Part shown: positions 12,465 through 24,184 of the stretch, piece after piece | How positions within the stretch are numbered: the stretch's first letter is position 1 | How the letters are laid out: every line of letters begins with the position of its first letter | From: Squalus acanthias | Lineage: Eukaryota | Reading direction: 5' to 3' | Assembly (NCBI GenBank): GCA_030390025.1 | Contig: CM059432.1 | Location: 123,692,001-123,756,000, forward strand | Length of the DNA stretch: 64,000 nucleotides | The notes under the pieces: model-generated | Seen by the model: only the letters and a program-made list of their open reading frames with translations | What the model was told of the DNA's origin: nothing | Database searches by the model: none | Made by a program: the position numbers and the translations under genes

Positions 12465-14388
12465 CTATTTGTGCAGTATCTTTCTCTTACGCGTGCTCCT
12501 ACGTGGTGCTTCCCCTGTGGCTTCAGCAGAGGTGGAGGCCCCCTGCTCAGTTTGTTGCTGCTCCTGTCTCGACACCTTTGGCGGGCGTCCTTTGGGGTTG
12601 CGAACCTGCGAGGGCTCGGCAACAGTCTGCTGCTCCTGCGGCTGGGCAAGGGTTGAGACGCCGATCTCAGTTGGGTGTGGACTCTGGTGGGGCTCTGACC
12701 GAGGACTTGTCAGTGGCATGGAAGTGTGAGCGCTTGGATAGGAACCCCCACCTCCTTGTTGTGTGCCACCAACATCCTTCTCATGGGTCAGGTCCACCTC
12801 AGCGCTTGCAAGTGGATTGAGAGCACCTTGCTGCACATCAGAGGGGCCATGGGGACCCGTATCTGCACTGACAGTCCTACTCAGAAGGACTTCCATGAAG
12901 ATCTGGTTTCTCTGTTCAATAGATGTCCATCGCTCCTCCAGAAATCTCATGCTATTCAGAACACTCACCATGTATTCTGCACTCTGGCGACTTATCACCT
13001 CCATGGAGGTTGCCATCCTTTCCATGGTGATGTGTTCATGCGCCAATGACTCCACAAAGGCTCTGCTCATGTTCGCTATGGACTCCCCCATTCACTCCAC
13101 ACTCGCAGCGACCCTGGAGACAAAACCTGTCAGAGACTCCTGCATCTGTTCCTGGAGTCCCAGCACCGCTGATCTTATGGATGGACCCAGAGGCAGAGGG
13201 TCGACATGCAGCTGAGCCAAGCTAGGAGAGTCCTGCGCCCTCCGACTAGGACTCTCCACTGCTGTCCCTGTCTCCACCATCTGCTGATGCTCACTTGTGA
13301 GCTGTGATACACCAGGTGACAACACTACTCTATGTCCCGAGGGTCCCACCGAGGTGTGAGTCTCTGCGCTGGTGCTGGGTGCGCTGAATTCTGCTGACGC
13401 TGCACCCTCAGAGATTGCAGCTTCCTCTGAGGAGTCTGGATGCACAGGCTGGTCCTCCTGGCTAGTGGGGATGGGTGCTTGCGATGGTCCTGTGGGGGAG
13501 TAAAGGAAAAAGTCAGAGATGTGATGCCAAGGTTACATGCACATTGCATATTGCAGATGATCATAAATCCATCTGTCAGAGCTTCAGATTCATTATCAGC
13601 GACTCATGCAATGTCAATGAGAGAGATGGAACACTATTCTGTCACCAGCTTGCTGTGATGCACCCGTCTGTCCGTCCCCCACTTGTGTATCGTCCTCCAC
13701 TCCCACGATCTCCAGGACTGCATCCTCCCAGGGGGTGAGCTGGGCTAATGAAGGTGGCCCTCCTCCTGTCCTGGCTCTTTCCCTTTTATTGTGAGCTCTC
13801 TTTTCCTGCAATGAGGGAGACAAGTGGAGTTTGAGTGAGATTGAAGGAGTGAGTGTAGAGAGTCCATAGCATAGATGCTTAGAAGGAGACAAAGATGGAG
13901 TGAGGTGGCAAGACCAAGGGCCCTCCCTGTGTGTTGTAAGTTGTTTTCATAGCATGACAGCGATAGGGAGTGTGAGGGCTGCATAGTCAAATAGTAAGGT
14001 GAATGTGACCATAGAGGGAGAGGGAATGGGTAAGGGTGCATGGATGTCAGTGTCAAGTGGGATATGGAGGAAGAGGTTGCTAAAGCTGAGCGCTGGTGAG
14101 AAGAGGCAATGGGGATCAGATTGAGGGTGAAGGGAAAGTCATACTCACTTTTGCAGTGCGTAGAAGGTCATGAAACCTCTTCCTGCACTGGAGCCAGGTT
14201 CTGCGGGTGATGGATAAAGAGTTGACCTCCTGGGCGACCTGGACCCACACAGCCTTGATCTGCTGGGGAGGCTTCTTCCTCCCTGAGGAAGGGAAGAACA
14301 CCTCTCTGTTGGCTCTTGCTCCCTCCACTAAAGCTTGCAGGGCAACATCATTGAACCTGGGAGCAGACCTGGGTCTTTGGCTGGCCAT
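12465..14388 (-). pseudogene. Harbinger Myb/SANT-like DNA-binding partner, 3 exons (14388-14149, 13805-13646, 13489-12465), one in-frame TGA
   Basis: Exon 1 has PRF...L.....W..VA..VN......RTW.QCRKRF.DL. GT-AG junctions give a continuous frame (phase 0, then phase 1), with a TGA at 13094-13092. The same 160-nt exon 2 occurs in the second copy. Confidence 0.88.
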
Positions 14389-15035
14389 TCCTCCTGCAGT
14401 TGCCTCTAAGATACAAGCCCAGAAGCTTGGCAGTCTGCAGAAGAAGCAAGGCTTGTTGCAGACCTTAAATGCAGCAGCAATGATGATGTCATCGGAGGCG
14501 ACTTTCAGACTGGAATAACTCATTAGCCATGGGTTCCCACACGTTGGAACTCAATTGGCCAATTAAGTTAAAATCGCATCACTCTCCCACATCGATCTAG
14601 ATTCGGGTGGGCAACACGAAAAGCGGATAACACGACCCCAACCCGCCCCAGTATCAAATTCCAGCCCAACGTTTCAGGTTGATGACCTTTCATCAGAACT
14701 GGAAGGGGCACTGAAATATGTGTTCACTCAAAAAAAAAATCAATTAAAAAAAAGACAAAGAACCGCCCCCCGCCATCCTAGTACTATCAATAATTTTCCC
14801 ACTGCCCTTCTCGTACTTGATGACATCTATATCTTCAGGCTGCGTCTAATGCACTAGCTGCAATTTTCTCAGTTTGCACCAAGCAAACGCCCCCCCCCCC
14901 CACCCACAGAACAGCATCATAACTGTTCCTTTATGGATGGTGGAGTGAACCAAAGCTTCAAGTAGCTGACCATCCCAGCTATGGTGCAGCAACAATATAA
15001 AGTAGTATTTTATTAGAGACATCAAAAACTATAGT

Positions 15036-16995
15036 AATAAAAACAGAAATTCTTGGAACACTCAGCAGGTCTGGCAGCATCGGTGGAGAGAGAAACAGAG
15101 TTAACAGGGGGCATTTTCCGGGGGGTCAGCGAGCGTGATCGGTGGCGGGTCGGGTGGGAAAGTGTTTTTTTTTGACAGCGGGTTAGGAACCCGCTGTCAA
15201 CCCGCTGCCACGCGCCTTTACCAAATGTCGGGTCTGTCAGCGCTGAACAGACCCGAAACGCAGTGGCGGGGGAGGCAATTCTGGTCATTATGACCTTATT
15301 ACCAGAGGATTAACAACAATTTTGAGCTCACCTTTCAAATTTACCAGCTCGCCAAGGGGGTCCACGGTGCTCGGGGATCACGTCTGTTAAGCTGGGCAGG
15401 AGTTGAATGGTCACAGAATCATCTCATTACTTGACAGCTTGAAATGTGCTATAGAAGCTCCCAACTCACAGCTGTTCACTTTCCAAGCTCAGAAGCTGTT
15501 GCTTACTGCATTTGGAAGACAGATTGAACTTTATGCAGGTCGCAAGTGTTTGGAGCAAACTCTCTATCCAGTGTCACCTCATTGGAACAACCTCTCTCAC
15601 CATTGGCAAATTGCTTCTGTCATCTCAACTTCACCTGCCATCTATTCCATCAGCATGGATACAGTTTATACTCTCTCACCTTGGTCCTCAGAATCTGACC
15701 ATGATCAGCCCCAGCACCAGCATCACCAGGCACACCAGCAGCACCAACAACAACACCAGCCTTCTCCGCAATCACCTGAGGCTGCACGGGACAGAGGGTA
15801 TCAGCACCCGAGCACATTGCTGCCTGGGAGGCCAGGGATGGCCTCACCATGGCCAGATATACTTCACTTGACGCTGTACACTCTGGCTGCCACATGATGC
15901 ACCAGGTTGGCACCACCCCACACCAACAACATAAAGCATCCCTACAATGCCCACTCATCACCATTGTGGGGGGGGGTGGGGGTACCGTTATGTCTCACCA
16001 TTCACTGCAGCTCACCTCACTAAACCACTTCCAAAGGTGCACAGAAATCTGTCCAAGAACGCAAAGTGTTGAAAATAAAGGTTTCAATGTTTAACAGCAC
16101 ATTACTAGAAACTTTGCATGTACATTGGATAATACACCCAAGTGCCTACCCTTGTGTTTTGTTAGTTGTTATGATTGCACTAGGATGAGGGTGAGTCTGA
16201 GGGGTGGTTAGTGAGATGGGGAAGTGATAATGTAGATAGAGAGGGGTGGGTGAAGGTGCAAGGTAAGTTGGTGTGAGTAAGGATGTGCAGGAGTAGGGTA
16301 GGGAGGCAGAGTGATGGGGATGTGATGAGAGGCACAAGAGGATGAACGTGAGTGTGGCTTTGTACTCATGTTTCCTGATCTACTGAGATCATTGAAAGCT
16401 TTGCGCCACTGCAGCCTGGTCCTCCTGACGACATCCCTGCTTGTGACCTCCTGTAGAATGTGCAACCAGGCTGCGTTGGTCTCCTGGGGAGGTCTCTTCC
16501 GCCCATGGGAAGGGAAGAGGACCTCCCTGAGAGCCTGGGTGCAGCCCTGCACCTCTGTGCAGTGCTTGTCAGTGTTTGCAGCACCTCAATGCTGTAGAAC
16601 ACTGACAGCACAAATGTCGAAATAAATTTGGGCAAGGTCCCTTTAAGGAAACCGGCTGATGACACGTCATCAAATGACGTCATCAGACCCGCTTCCTTTA
16701 ATTGGCTGGGAAACTCAGTGGGTGGGCTTAACAAGTCCAATCAGAGATAGTTATGTCGGAGGCCGGGATGGAGCCAGCAGCAAGGCCGCGACCCGCCACC
16801 GACCTCGCCCGCCACGGACTCGCCGAGGTAGGGAAAATCGCGGCCAATGTTTCAGGTCGATGACCTTTCATCAGGTCATCGACCTGAAACGTTAACCCTG
16901 TTTCTCTCTCCACAGATGCTGTCTGACCTGCTGAGTGTTTCCAGCATTTTCTGTTTTTATTTCAGATTTCAGCAGCCGCAGTATTTTGCTTTTGT
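15036..16995. mobile_element. Inverted pair of hammerhead-bearing Penelope-type terminal repeats, left arm split by a Harbinger derivative
   Basis: 15036-15105 plus 16849-16874 is the minus-strand copy. 16873-16995 is a plus-strand copy lacking the CTGATGA box. Confidence 0.78.
15106..16845. mobile_element. Non-autonomous Harbinger internal-deletion derivative
   Basis: Keeps the transposase 5' stub (MDTVYTLSPWSSE..Q/H-rich) joined to the 3' stub, plus Myb exon 1 on the minus strand. Degenerate TIRs, flanks AAC/AAT. Sister copy at 56182-60773. Confidence 0.9.
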
Positions 16996-19084
16996 CATGA
17001 ACTATCGAGTGGATTAAACAATGGAGGCAGCAATTCAAACTGTTATAGGTGGGTGCTACGGTTCATTAATTAAAAGGCTTCAGTTAATTTGAACTTGCGC
17101 CATATTTCTTGTTTAATGATTTTGCATAAACACATGTGAGATGACAGATTTTTCGGGGGGATTTTCAACTACCGGCTGCCCGTTTCTCACCTGAAGAATG
17201 GGCGACTGGCAGAGTAAAATCCGGTGGGCACCTTGGACACCCATGTGCCCCCGTCTATTTTTGGCCAGGCCTTTAAATGTGTGCCACCCAAAACAGGTGT
17301 GTAGGAATTATTTACCACTTTCACACCTCCCACGTTAGGTGTTAAAGTAGGGTTCGCAGACCTGAATCCACTTTAACAGAAACACACGCATACACCATCT
17401 CTCTCACAGAGATCTTTTATTTAACCACTAACACATGGATTAAATAAGAAATACAACGAGACCTGTCCTGGAGTCTTCAGGTGCCCGGTTGGCCAAACCA
17501 ACGATCACCCGAAGTCCGTTGAATTCTTTAGGCGTCTTCTCTTCTTTAGACCAGGACACGTTTGTCCTCACCGACTGCAGTAAAAAAAACGAGATATCAT
17601 GTCAGTTCTTGTGTGCCCCGATTCTTCATGTGGCGTTCATGTGAATATCTCAATGATTGTCTAATTCAAACCTGGCTTTTCTCCTTGTTGTTCATGATTG
17701 GTTCAAAGTTTAGTGGGGTTACTTCATCATGCGTATCACTTGTGGCAGTTTAATGAGGGTCTTATCTCAAGACAGTGCTGGTCGGTTCCACTGGTTTCAT
17801 GGCAACCCCAGATTTGCCCTTGGCTACAACTGCTCTATGAGTAATGTCTGTTAAAACTGTTCCTCTGTATTCTTTGTTCTCAATTTGCATTTTAAAGCGG
17901 TATAGCCATCATTAAAAGTTCTCTTTTGTATTAAAGTTCTTGTTGTTGTCAGGGACATTTGAAATCGATTTCCCTGCAGGTGTGAGGCTGTTCCAATATG
18001 TAGATCATAGTCCTGTGCTGGTTGTCAGACACTGATTGCAATTTTAATGCGCAAGTGGGCGGAGCATGCACCGTACATGCTTAGTCCCCGTTGTACCAGG
18101 TGCTGAGTGGCCTAACCAGTCCTTAAAGGGACCGCTGGAGGCCATTCAGAGAAAGATAAGTTTTTGGGGTTTATTTTAAGATTTTTGTGGAGCCAAGTCA
18201 TGCTCCTCCTGGTCCAATATTAATCTTCCAGCCCATTGTCGGCACCCCACTCCTTTCCCCCATCACCCACCCGCTGGATCTGTTCCGCACCTCCCCCCCC
18301 CACCCCCACCCTTTGGCACCCGTAGCTCCTTGGTAAAACTCAAACCAGGCCCGAATCTGAAAATGGTTCCGGCCTCCTGACTGTGGACTTGGGCAGCAAC
18401 CAAGATCCCACCACCGACTTTGCATCAATTTTATGCCGAATTTAAGAAACCTCCCCATTGCATTCTTTGTATTTAATTTAAAAAACAGTGCTGTCACCAG
18501 AACACTCCACAGTCCAACACATCCGTATGGTTCAGATTTCAAAATCATAAATTCCAATACTAATAACTTTCCTAGCATATAATATCTACGTAATGTGTGA
18601 TAAAGAGCCATGGCACAGACCATAACTCACTCTTGACTTTGTTATCAGGTTGGCCCACTTAGCAGATATGAATCAAATCCCAAAGGTCTTAATCTTCTGT
18701 TGTCTATTTATACCACTCCTGAAGACAGCAGAATCCAGGGATTAAAAGTATTATTCAATCATTTTTATTGTTCAACACTTTGACTGAAACTGCTTTCAAT
18801 CCCTTCTGCCTAAGCTGTTTAATTTCCATATTGAAAAGACCTCTTGGATTTAGATTCTGAAATTGGGTTGATTAAAAAGAAACACCAACAATCGCTTAGC
18901 TATTTTATCCGTTGAGTAGCTGAGCCACAGAGACCAGGCAGGCCCCAGGCTCAATCCTTCGTCTATGCTGAGTTAGCTGATCTAATGTGAGACTTGAAAA
19001 CAACATCAAGGCAGCTATTGAACATCACATGCAGCACAGTGATCTGAGAGTGAGTGTTAGCTAACATCTGGACCTGAAAACAGT

Positions 19085-19731
19085 CGGCCCGATTTTAACC
19101 TCTGCGCCCAACGAGAGCGGGGAATGTTGGGGGGGAGGGGTTAAGATTACGCCAAGCTCGCGCCGTGCGCTGTTTTAACAGGCCTGTTTTGGTCAGCATG
19201 TGTGGCCCTTGCTCCAGGCAGGCGAGGACCTCATTGAGATTCAAAAGTCAGGGTCTGACGACGTCAATCGGACTGTGATACTATTCAACTTTGCGTCGTA
19301 AGTTCGACGCCTGGTTTCGGCCTTGCCAAAGAAATCCAATGCTGAGGAACAGCAGGCCCAGAAGAGGGCAAGTGATTTTTTTTCTTTTTTAAAGGTTTCC
19401 TTGTGGACCAGGAGGAGCAGGAGTGCTCACAAGGAAACCTAGGGCCTCCCCTGCCCCTTTCTTCCTTCCCCGCTCCCCCCGACCACGCTCGCCCACTGCC
19501 TCCCTACTTCTGCCATCCACTTAACTGACTGCCAGGGGCCCTTCTTGCAGGTCCCTGGCTGCGGCCTCCTGCCAAGCTCTGCCGACTCACCAGCCAGCCT
19601 CGCGCCATTGACGGCTGGTTTGGGTGTGAGCTGGGCCTGGTGGTTATAAATCTCCCAGGCCTCATGTCGGAGCCTGACACTTGCCCTGCCAGCTGCTCGC
19701 GAGCTGCTCGGCCCGAATTAAAATCGGGGCT
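19085..19731. mobile_element. Harbinger-type MITE
   Basis: TIRs GGCCCGATTTTAA / TTAAAATCGGGGC with AGT on both flanks. Confidence 0.7.
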
Positions 19732-19839
19732 AGTAACCCTGAGAAATACTGGATCCAGCAGTCAAGAACTGGAAGACTGAAAGCAAAGAGGAACTAAATC
19801 TAAAATAAGGTGCATACCCATAAATATTGAAACATTTAA

Positions 19840-21312
19840 TAGACCTGGGGGTGTTTGTGCACAAATCTTTGAAGGTGGCAGGACAGGTTAACAAAGCAGT
19901 TAATAAAACATATGGGGGGAAAAATTACGTATCGCCCATTTTGGGGCGCTAATATCGGCCGGGTGCAAAGTTTAGCGCCCGGCGCTAATTATCGCCTCCG
20001 ACTGCAAAATTTGCCTCTATCGCCCCTGGAGGTGATTTGAGCGCTAAATCAGGCGCTACACACCTCTCTTAAGGCGCAAACATCAGAGAGCAAGGCGCTA
20101 CCTCAGAATGCTACCGAAGCTCAGGCGATGCCAGTTACCATGGAAGCCAGACACAGAGGTGCCGTCCAGCTCTTAAAGGGGAGGGGCCATCTTGCTGGCC
20201 AGCCACACCCTGCTCATTGCAGCCTTGAATCTCGGCTTGGAGAGACCTCAAAAGCAATTGTGTTGGAAGCACTAATGGATAGGCCCAGGGAAAGAGCTTG
20301 GTGCTTAGGAACCTCAAAAGTGGTGCTGAGGTCCAAAACTCCTTAGGACAGCGTTAAAATCAAAAATTTTGCTGACAAGAAAAGGCAGGAAGCGCCTGCC
20401 TTTAAATAGCGCTCCCCCAGCCCCTTCCCGACTTGAAAACGTTCCCCTCTACCTGTCGTTCCTAGCGGCAGGCGCTAAGGTAGGGGACGCGACTCAATAT
20501 CCAGTCCTGGGCACGACCGGCGTCACGATCTGCGGGCGCAGGAGATCATGGCGGTAGTGTTTAGCGCTGCCGCAAAACGACTGGGCAATTTCGCGTGCGG
20601 CGCTAAAATCGCCGCGCTCGGGCACTAAGTTCCTAGCGCCTCGTTAGCACCCCCCGGAGGCGCTAACAGGAGGCGCTAACCAACCGAATTTTTCCCCCAT
20701 GGGCTCCTAGGCTTTATAAACAGATGTACAGAGTACAAAAGCTAAGAAGTTATACTAAACACATATAAAACACTAGTTTGACCCAGCTGGAGTATTGCAT
20801 CCAATTCTGGGCACCACACTTTAGGAAGGACGTGAAGGCTTTGGAGAGGGTACAGAAGAGATTTACTCCAGGGATGAGGGAATACAGTTATTTGAATAGA
20901 CTGGAGGAGGCTAAGAGGAGATTTGATAGAGGTGTTTAAAATCATGAAGTGTTTAGATAGAGTAAATAAAGAGAAACTGTTTCCAATGGCTGGAGGGTTG
21001 ATAACCAGAGGACACAGATTTAAGGTGATTAGCAAAAGAACCAGAGGCGACATGAGGAAAAACTTTTTAACGCATCGAGTGGTTAGGATTCGGAATGCCC
21101 TGGCTGATAGGGTGGTGGAAACAGATTCAATAGTAGCCTTCAAAATGGAATTGGATAAGTACTTGAAGGGGAAAAAATTGCAGGAATATGGAAAAAGAGC
21201 GGGGGGAGTGGGACTGACTGGATTGCTCTTCAAAAAGAACCGACACAGACTCAATGGGCCGAATGGCCTCCTTCTGTGCTGTAGTATTCTATGATTCTAT
21301 GATTCTATGATT
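19840..21312 (+). mobile_element. CR1 LINE 3' fragment interrupted by a family A MITE
   Basis: DLGVFVHKSLKVAGQV...IEVFKIMK...NFLTHRVVRIRNAL, ending in a (TTCTATGA)n tail. Confidence 0.9.
19915..20698. mobile_element. Family A MITE copy 3 (shorter, diverged centre)
   Basis: TIRs GGGGGAAAAATT / AATTTTTCCCCC, TSD ATG. Excision restores ACA TAT GGG CTC CTA. Confidence 0.9.
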
Positions 21313-21369
21313 TGTAATATGATGTTTGAAATTGAGACTGTTGTGAAAATTGTTAACTCTAAAAGATAG

Positions 21370-22205
21370 AAATGAATGCAATGTGCAGGGGTACAGAGTG
21401 TTCAGGAAGGCTGGAATAGAGAGGAAAGGAGCTGATGTAGCTCGACGTGTCTGGAACACCCGGGAGTAGACCCTGTGATACATGAAAATCTATCTTATTA
21501 TCGAATTTCACTGGATGGTTTTGTATACTCGGGGAATGTTACATCAAAGAGGAAGGAAAATAAATTATCCTATGAACAGATAAGAAGGTTATGCAAAAAG
21601 TGGAACGTTGTATAAATGGGCAACTTCAACTAACCTATTATAAATTGGGATCGCCCGAGCAGTTTCTGAGTTAATGAATGCAGTGGACAATTATTTCATG
21701 ATCCAGTGCATCAGGAAAACCACAAGAAATAGCTTATATCTTGACTTGGTAATGTTAAATAACCCAGATAGCATACGGGTGGTAGAAGTCGTGGCATCCT
21801 ATGTGATAGAGCATGATTAAATTCAACACTACGCAGGTATGGAGGACTTTTTTTTAATTACACTTCAGTTGAGGATCAATGGAACATATTTTAAGACATG
21901 TTGCTGAGCATGCAGGATAAATACATAGCGAGGATTAGGAAGTGCCAACTAAACAAGCAATGGATTGACGTGGCAATCTAAAGTGAAATAAGAAAGAAAA
22001 ATCAAACTCTACGAAGCCTGCAGGGAGAGCTGGGAGGAAGCCTACAGTGAGCAGAAGACAAGAGATTTCAGAAACATGTTAAGAGCGGTCAAAGGGCTAA
22101 AAAGGAATCAGGCAGTGAGCAGAGCTGCTGACACTAAGCATTACAAGAAATTCTTCCAGCACTACAACAGTAAGCGTGCTGTCAGAGAAAAGGTCAGATT
22201 CTTAA
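21370..22205 (+). mobile_element. Old decayed CR1 ORF2 endonuclease/tether remnant
   Basis: Broken motifs GYRVFRK, MGNFN.P.INW, LDLV and KKFFQHYNSKR. Confidence 0.6.
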
Positions 22206-22463
22206 CGCATATTAATGGGGCTAAAACTGTGTCTTTTAATATGTTAGTAGATATGTGTACGGAGCAAAGGACGATTTTCTCTCCACGCAGTCTCCAAGGA
22301 GCAGGAGTGCACAGTTTTGTTTTGCCTATCAAGCTTGATCTATGACAGATTCTGTTTGAGTTCCACAACTGTTCTGAATTACAATAGCTTGTATTAATGC
22401 ACTGCTTAAACCCAATGCAATGCTCACTCCAATGACAGAGATAAATCTTAAGCAACAACATAT

Positions 22464-23402
22464 GGGCCCGATCTTATTTTGGAGGCTGGGGGGGGCGGGG
22501 GGGGAGCAATTTTGTGGTCGGTAAAACGGGTTTCCCTCAGGTCCTGCCGAATTTAACGGCAGGACATAGACATAGACATAGACATAGAATCTAGGAGCAG
22601 GAGTAGGCCAGTCGGCCCGTCGAGCCTGCTCCACCATTCAATACGATCATGGCTGATCATCCAAATCCAGTACCCTGTCCCTGCTTTAATCCCCACAGTA
22701 CACATATCCCACCCTGATTAGCATTTTTTGTCTCCGTTTCCAGGCCACAGCCAGCCAGATTGCGAGGTTGGCTGGCTGTCGGACGGGTAGCCCTCCAGCA
22801 TCAGGCTGCAGCTGGGGAGCAGAGAAGAGGGAGGGATGGATCGGAAAGGCCAGAGAGAGGGGAACGGGGAATGATTGGAGGCCAGAGGTAATATTGGAGG
22901 CCGGGGTCGGGGGAAGATCGGGGTCCGGAGCAGGGGTGGAGTTCGGAGGCCTGGGTCTGGTAAAGATCGGAGGCCAGAGGGGATATCAGAGGCCGGGGTC
23001 CGGGAAAGATCAGGGTCCGGAGCTGGGGGTCGGGGGTGGGGGAGATCGGAGGCCGGGGGTGGGGGGAGGAAGATCTGGGACCAGAGGGGAAATCGGAAGG
23101 GCCGGGGGGAGATCGGAAAGGTCGGGAGGTGGAGATCGAAAGGGTTGGTGGGGAGATTGGAAGGTTCGGGGTGGGGGGGGGAGGAGTCCGATCACAGAGG
23201 GTGGGTGAAGCAGATAAACTGGATCCAGCAGGTAAGTGGAAAGGCACTTACCACCTGGATCCAGCAGTCTTTGTCTCCATTTAGCTGCCGGGTTTCCCGA
23301 GACCTGGGAAACTTGGCCGGCTAGGGTTAAATTTAAAATGGTGGTTAAATCTGAGGCATGCAGCCTCATTATAATATTTAAATGATCAACCCACCTCCTG
23401 CG
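22464..23402. mobile_element. Harbinger-type MITE family C with G-rich internal repeats (right end obscured by a LINE)
   Basis: The left end GGGCCCGATCTTATTTTGGAG and internal blocks are the reverse complement of 52949-54344. It contains a truncated V-SINE tail at about 22565-22712. Confidence 0.7.
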
Positions 23403-23982
23403 AGTGTCTCATCTCCTGACTCCCCAAAGCTTTTCCACCGTCTACAAGGCACAAGTAAGGAGTGTGATGGAATACTCTCCACTTGCCTGGATGAGTGCAG
23501 CTCCAACAAAACTCAAGAAGCTCAACACCATCCAGGACAAAGCAGTCTGCTCAATTGGCACCCCATCCACTGGCTTAAACATCCACTCCCTCTACCATCA
23601 GCATACCATGGCTGCAGTGTGTACTATCTACAGGATGCACTGCAGCAACTCGACAAGGCTTCTTTGGCAGCACCTCCCAAATCTGCAACATCCACAACCT
23701 AGAAGGACAAGAGCAGCAGGTGCATGGAAACACAATCACCTCCAAGATCCCCTCCAAGTCACATACCATCCTGACTTGGAAATATATTGCAGTTCCTTCA
23801 TCGTTGCTGGATCAAAATCCTGGAACTCCCTATCTAACAGCACTATAGGAGTACCTTCACCACACGGACTGCAGCAGTTCAAGAAGAAGGCCCACCATGA
23901 CCTTCTCAAGGGCAACTAGGGATGGGCAATCAATGCTGGCCTAACCAGAAATGCCTACATTCCAAGAATGAATTTATAAAAA
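23403..23982 (+). mobile_element. LINE 3' fragment (CR1/L2 group, second family)
   Basis: YKAQVRSVMEYSPLAW...LNTIQDKAV...SWNSL RT C-terminal pattern. The 3' end is shared with 8710-9052 and 42412-42545. Confidence 0.82.
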
Positions 23983-24184
23983 GACCCCACTGAAACCACT
24001 GCAGGTCTCAAAACAAATTGTTGAAAATTTGGACTTGGGCCCAAGTCCTTTGTTTGTGGATGTTATCTTTAGAACCTCCTTATCACCATGCATCACCCGC
24101 CTTTACTATTCTCTGTATGTGAATCAATTTTAGCTAATGTCTCCTCCATGACCAGTATTAAAGTCACTCCATGATTGCTGGGGA

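Larger units (their letters stand above)
10421..14667. mobile_element. Full-length PIF/Harbinger DNA transposon (4247 bp) with convergent transposase and Myb/SANT genes
   Basis: TIRs GGGCTGGATTTT / AAATTCCAGCCC, perfect 3-bp TSD AAC, and the two-gene architecture typical of Harbingers. Confidence 0.96.
10354..14703 (-). mobile_element. Short hammerhead-bearing Penelope-type terminal-repeat insertion, split by a Harbinger element
   Basis: 10354-10420 plus 14671-14703 reconstruct the repeat seen intact at 47600-47696. It is flanked by the direct repeat AGGGGCACTGAAATA (10339-10353 and 14704-14718). Confidence 0.8.

Noticed and set aside
11668..13094. Selenocysteine or programmed read-through to explain three TGA stops
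   Set aside because: They replace Cys, Gly and Arg codons by single substitutions and are not shared with the other copy. No SECIS was recognised.
10951..14388. Domesticated HARBI1/NAIF1/MSANTD host genes
   Set aside because: TIRs, TSD, multiple copies and stops indicate a transposon, so no gene symbol was given.
16873..16897. Plus-strand hammerhead
   Set aside because: It has stem II and GAAAC but lacks the CUGANGA box and the stem I 5' arm.
17298..18031. Possible LTR-like insert within a degenerate MITE (about 17155-18455)
   Set aside because: Termini and TSD could not be confirmed by eye.
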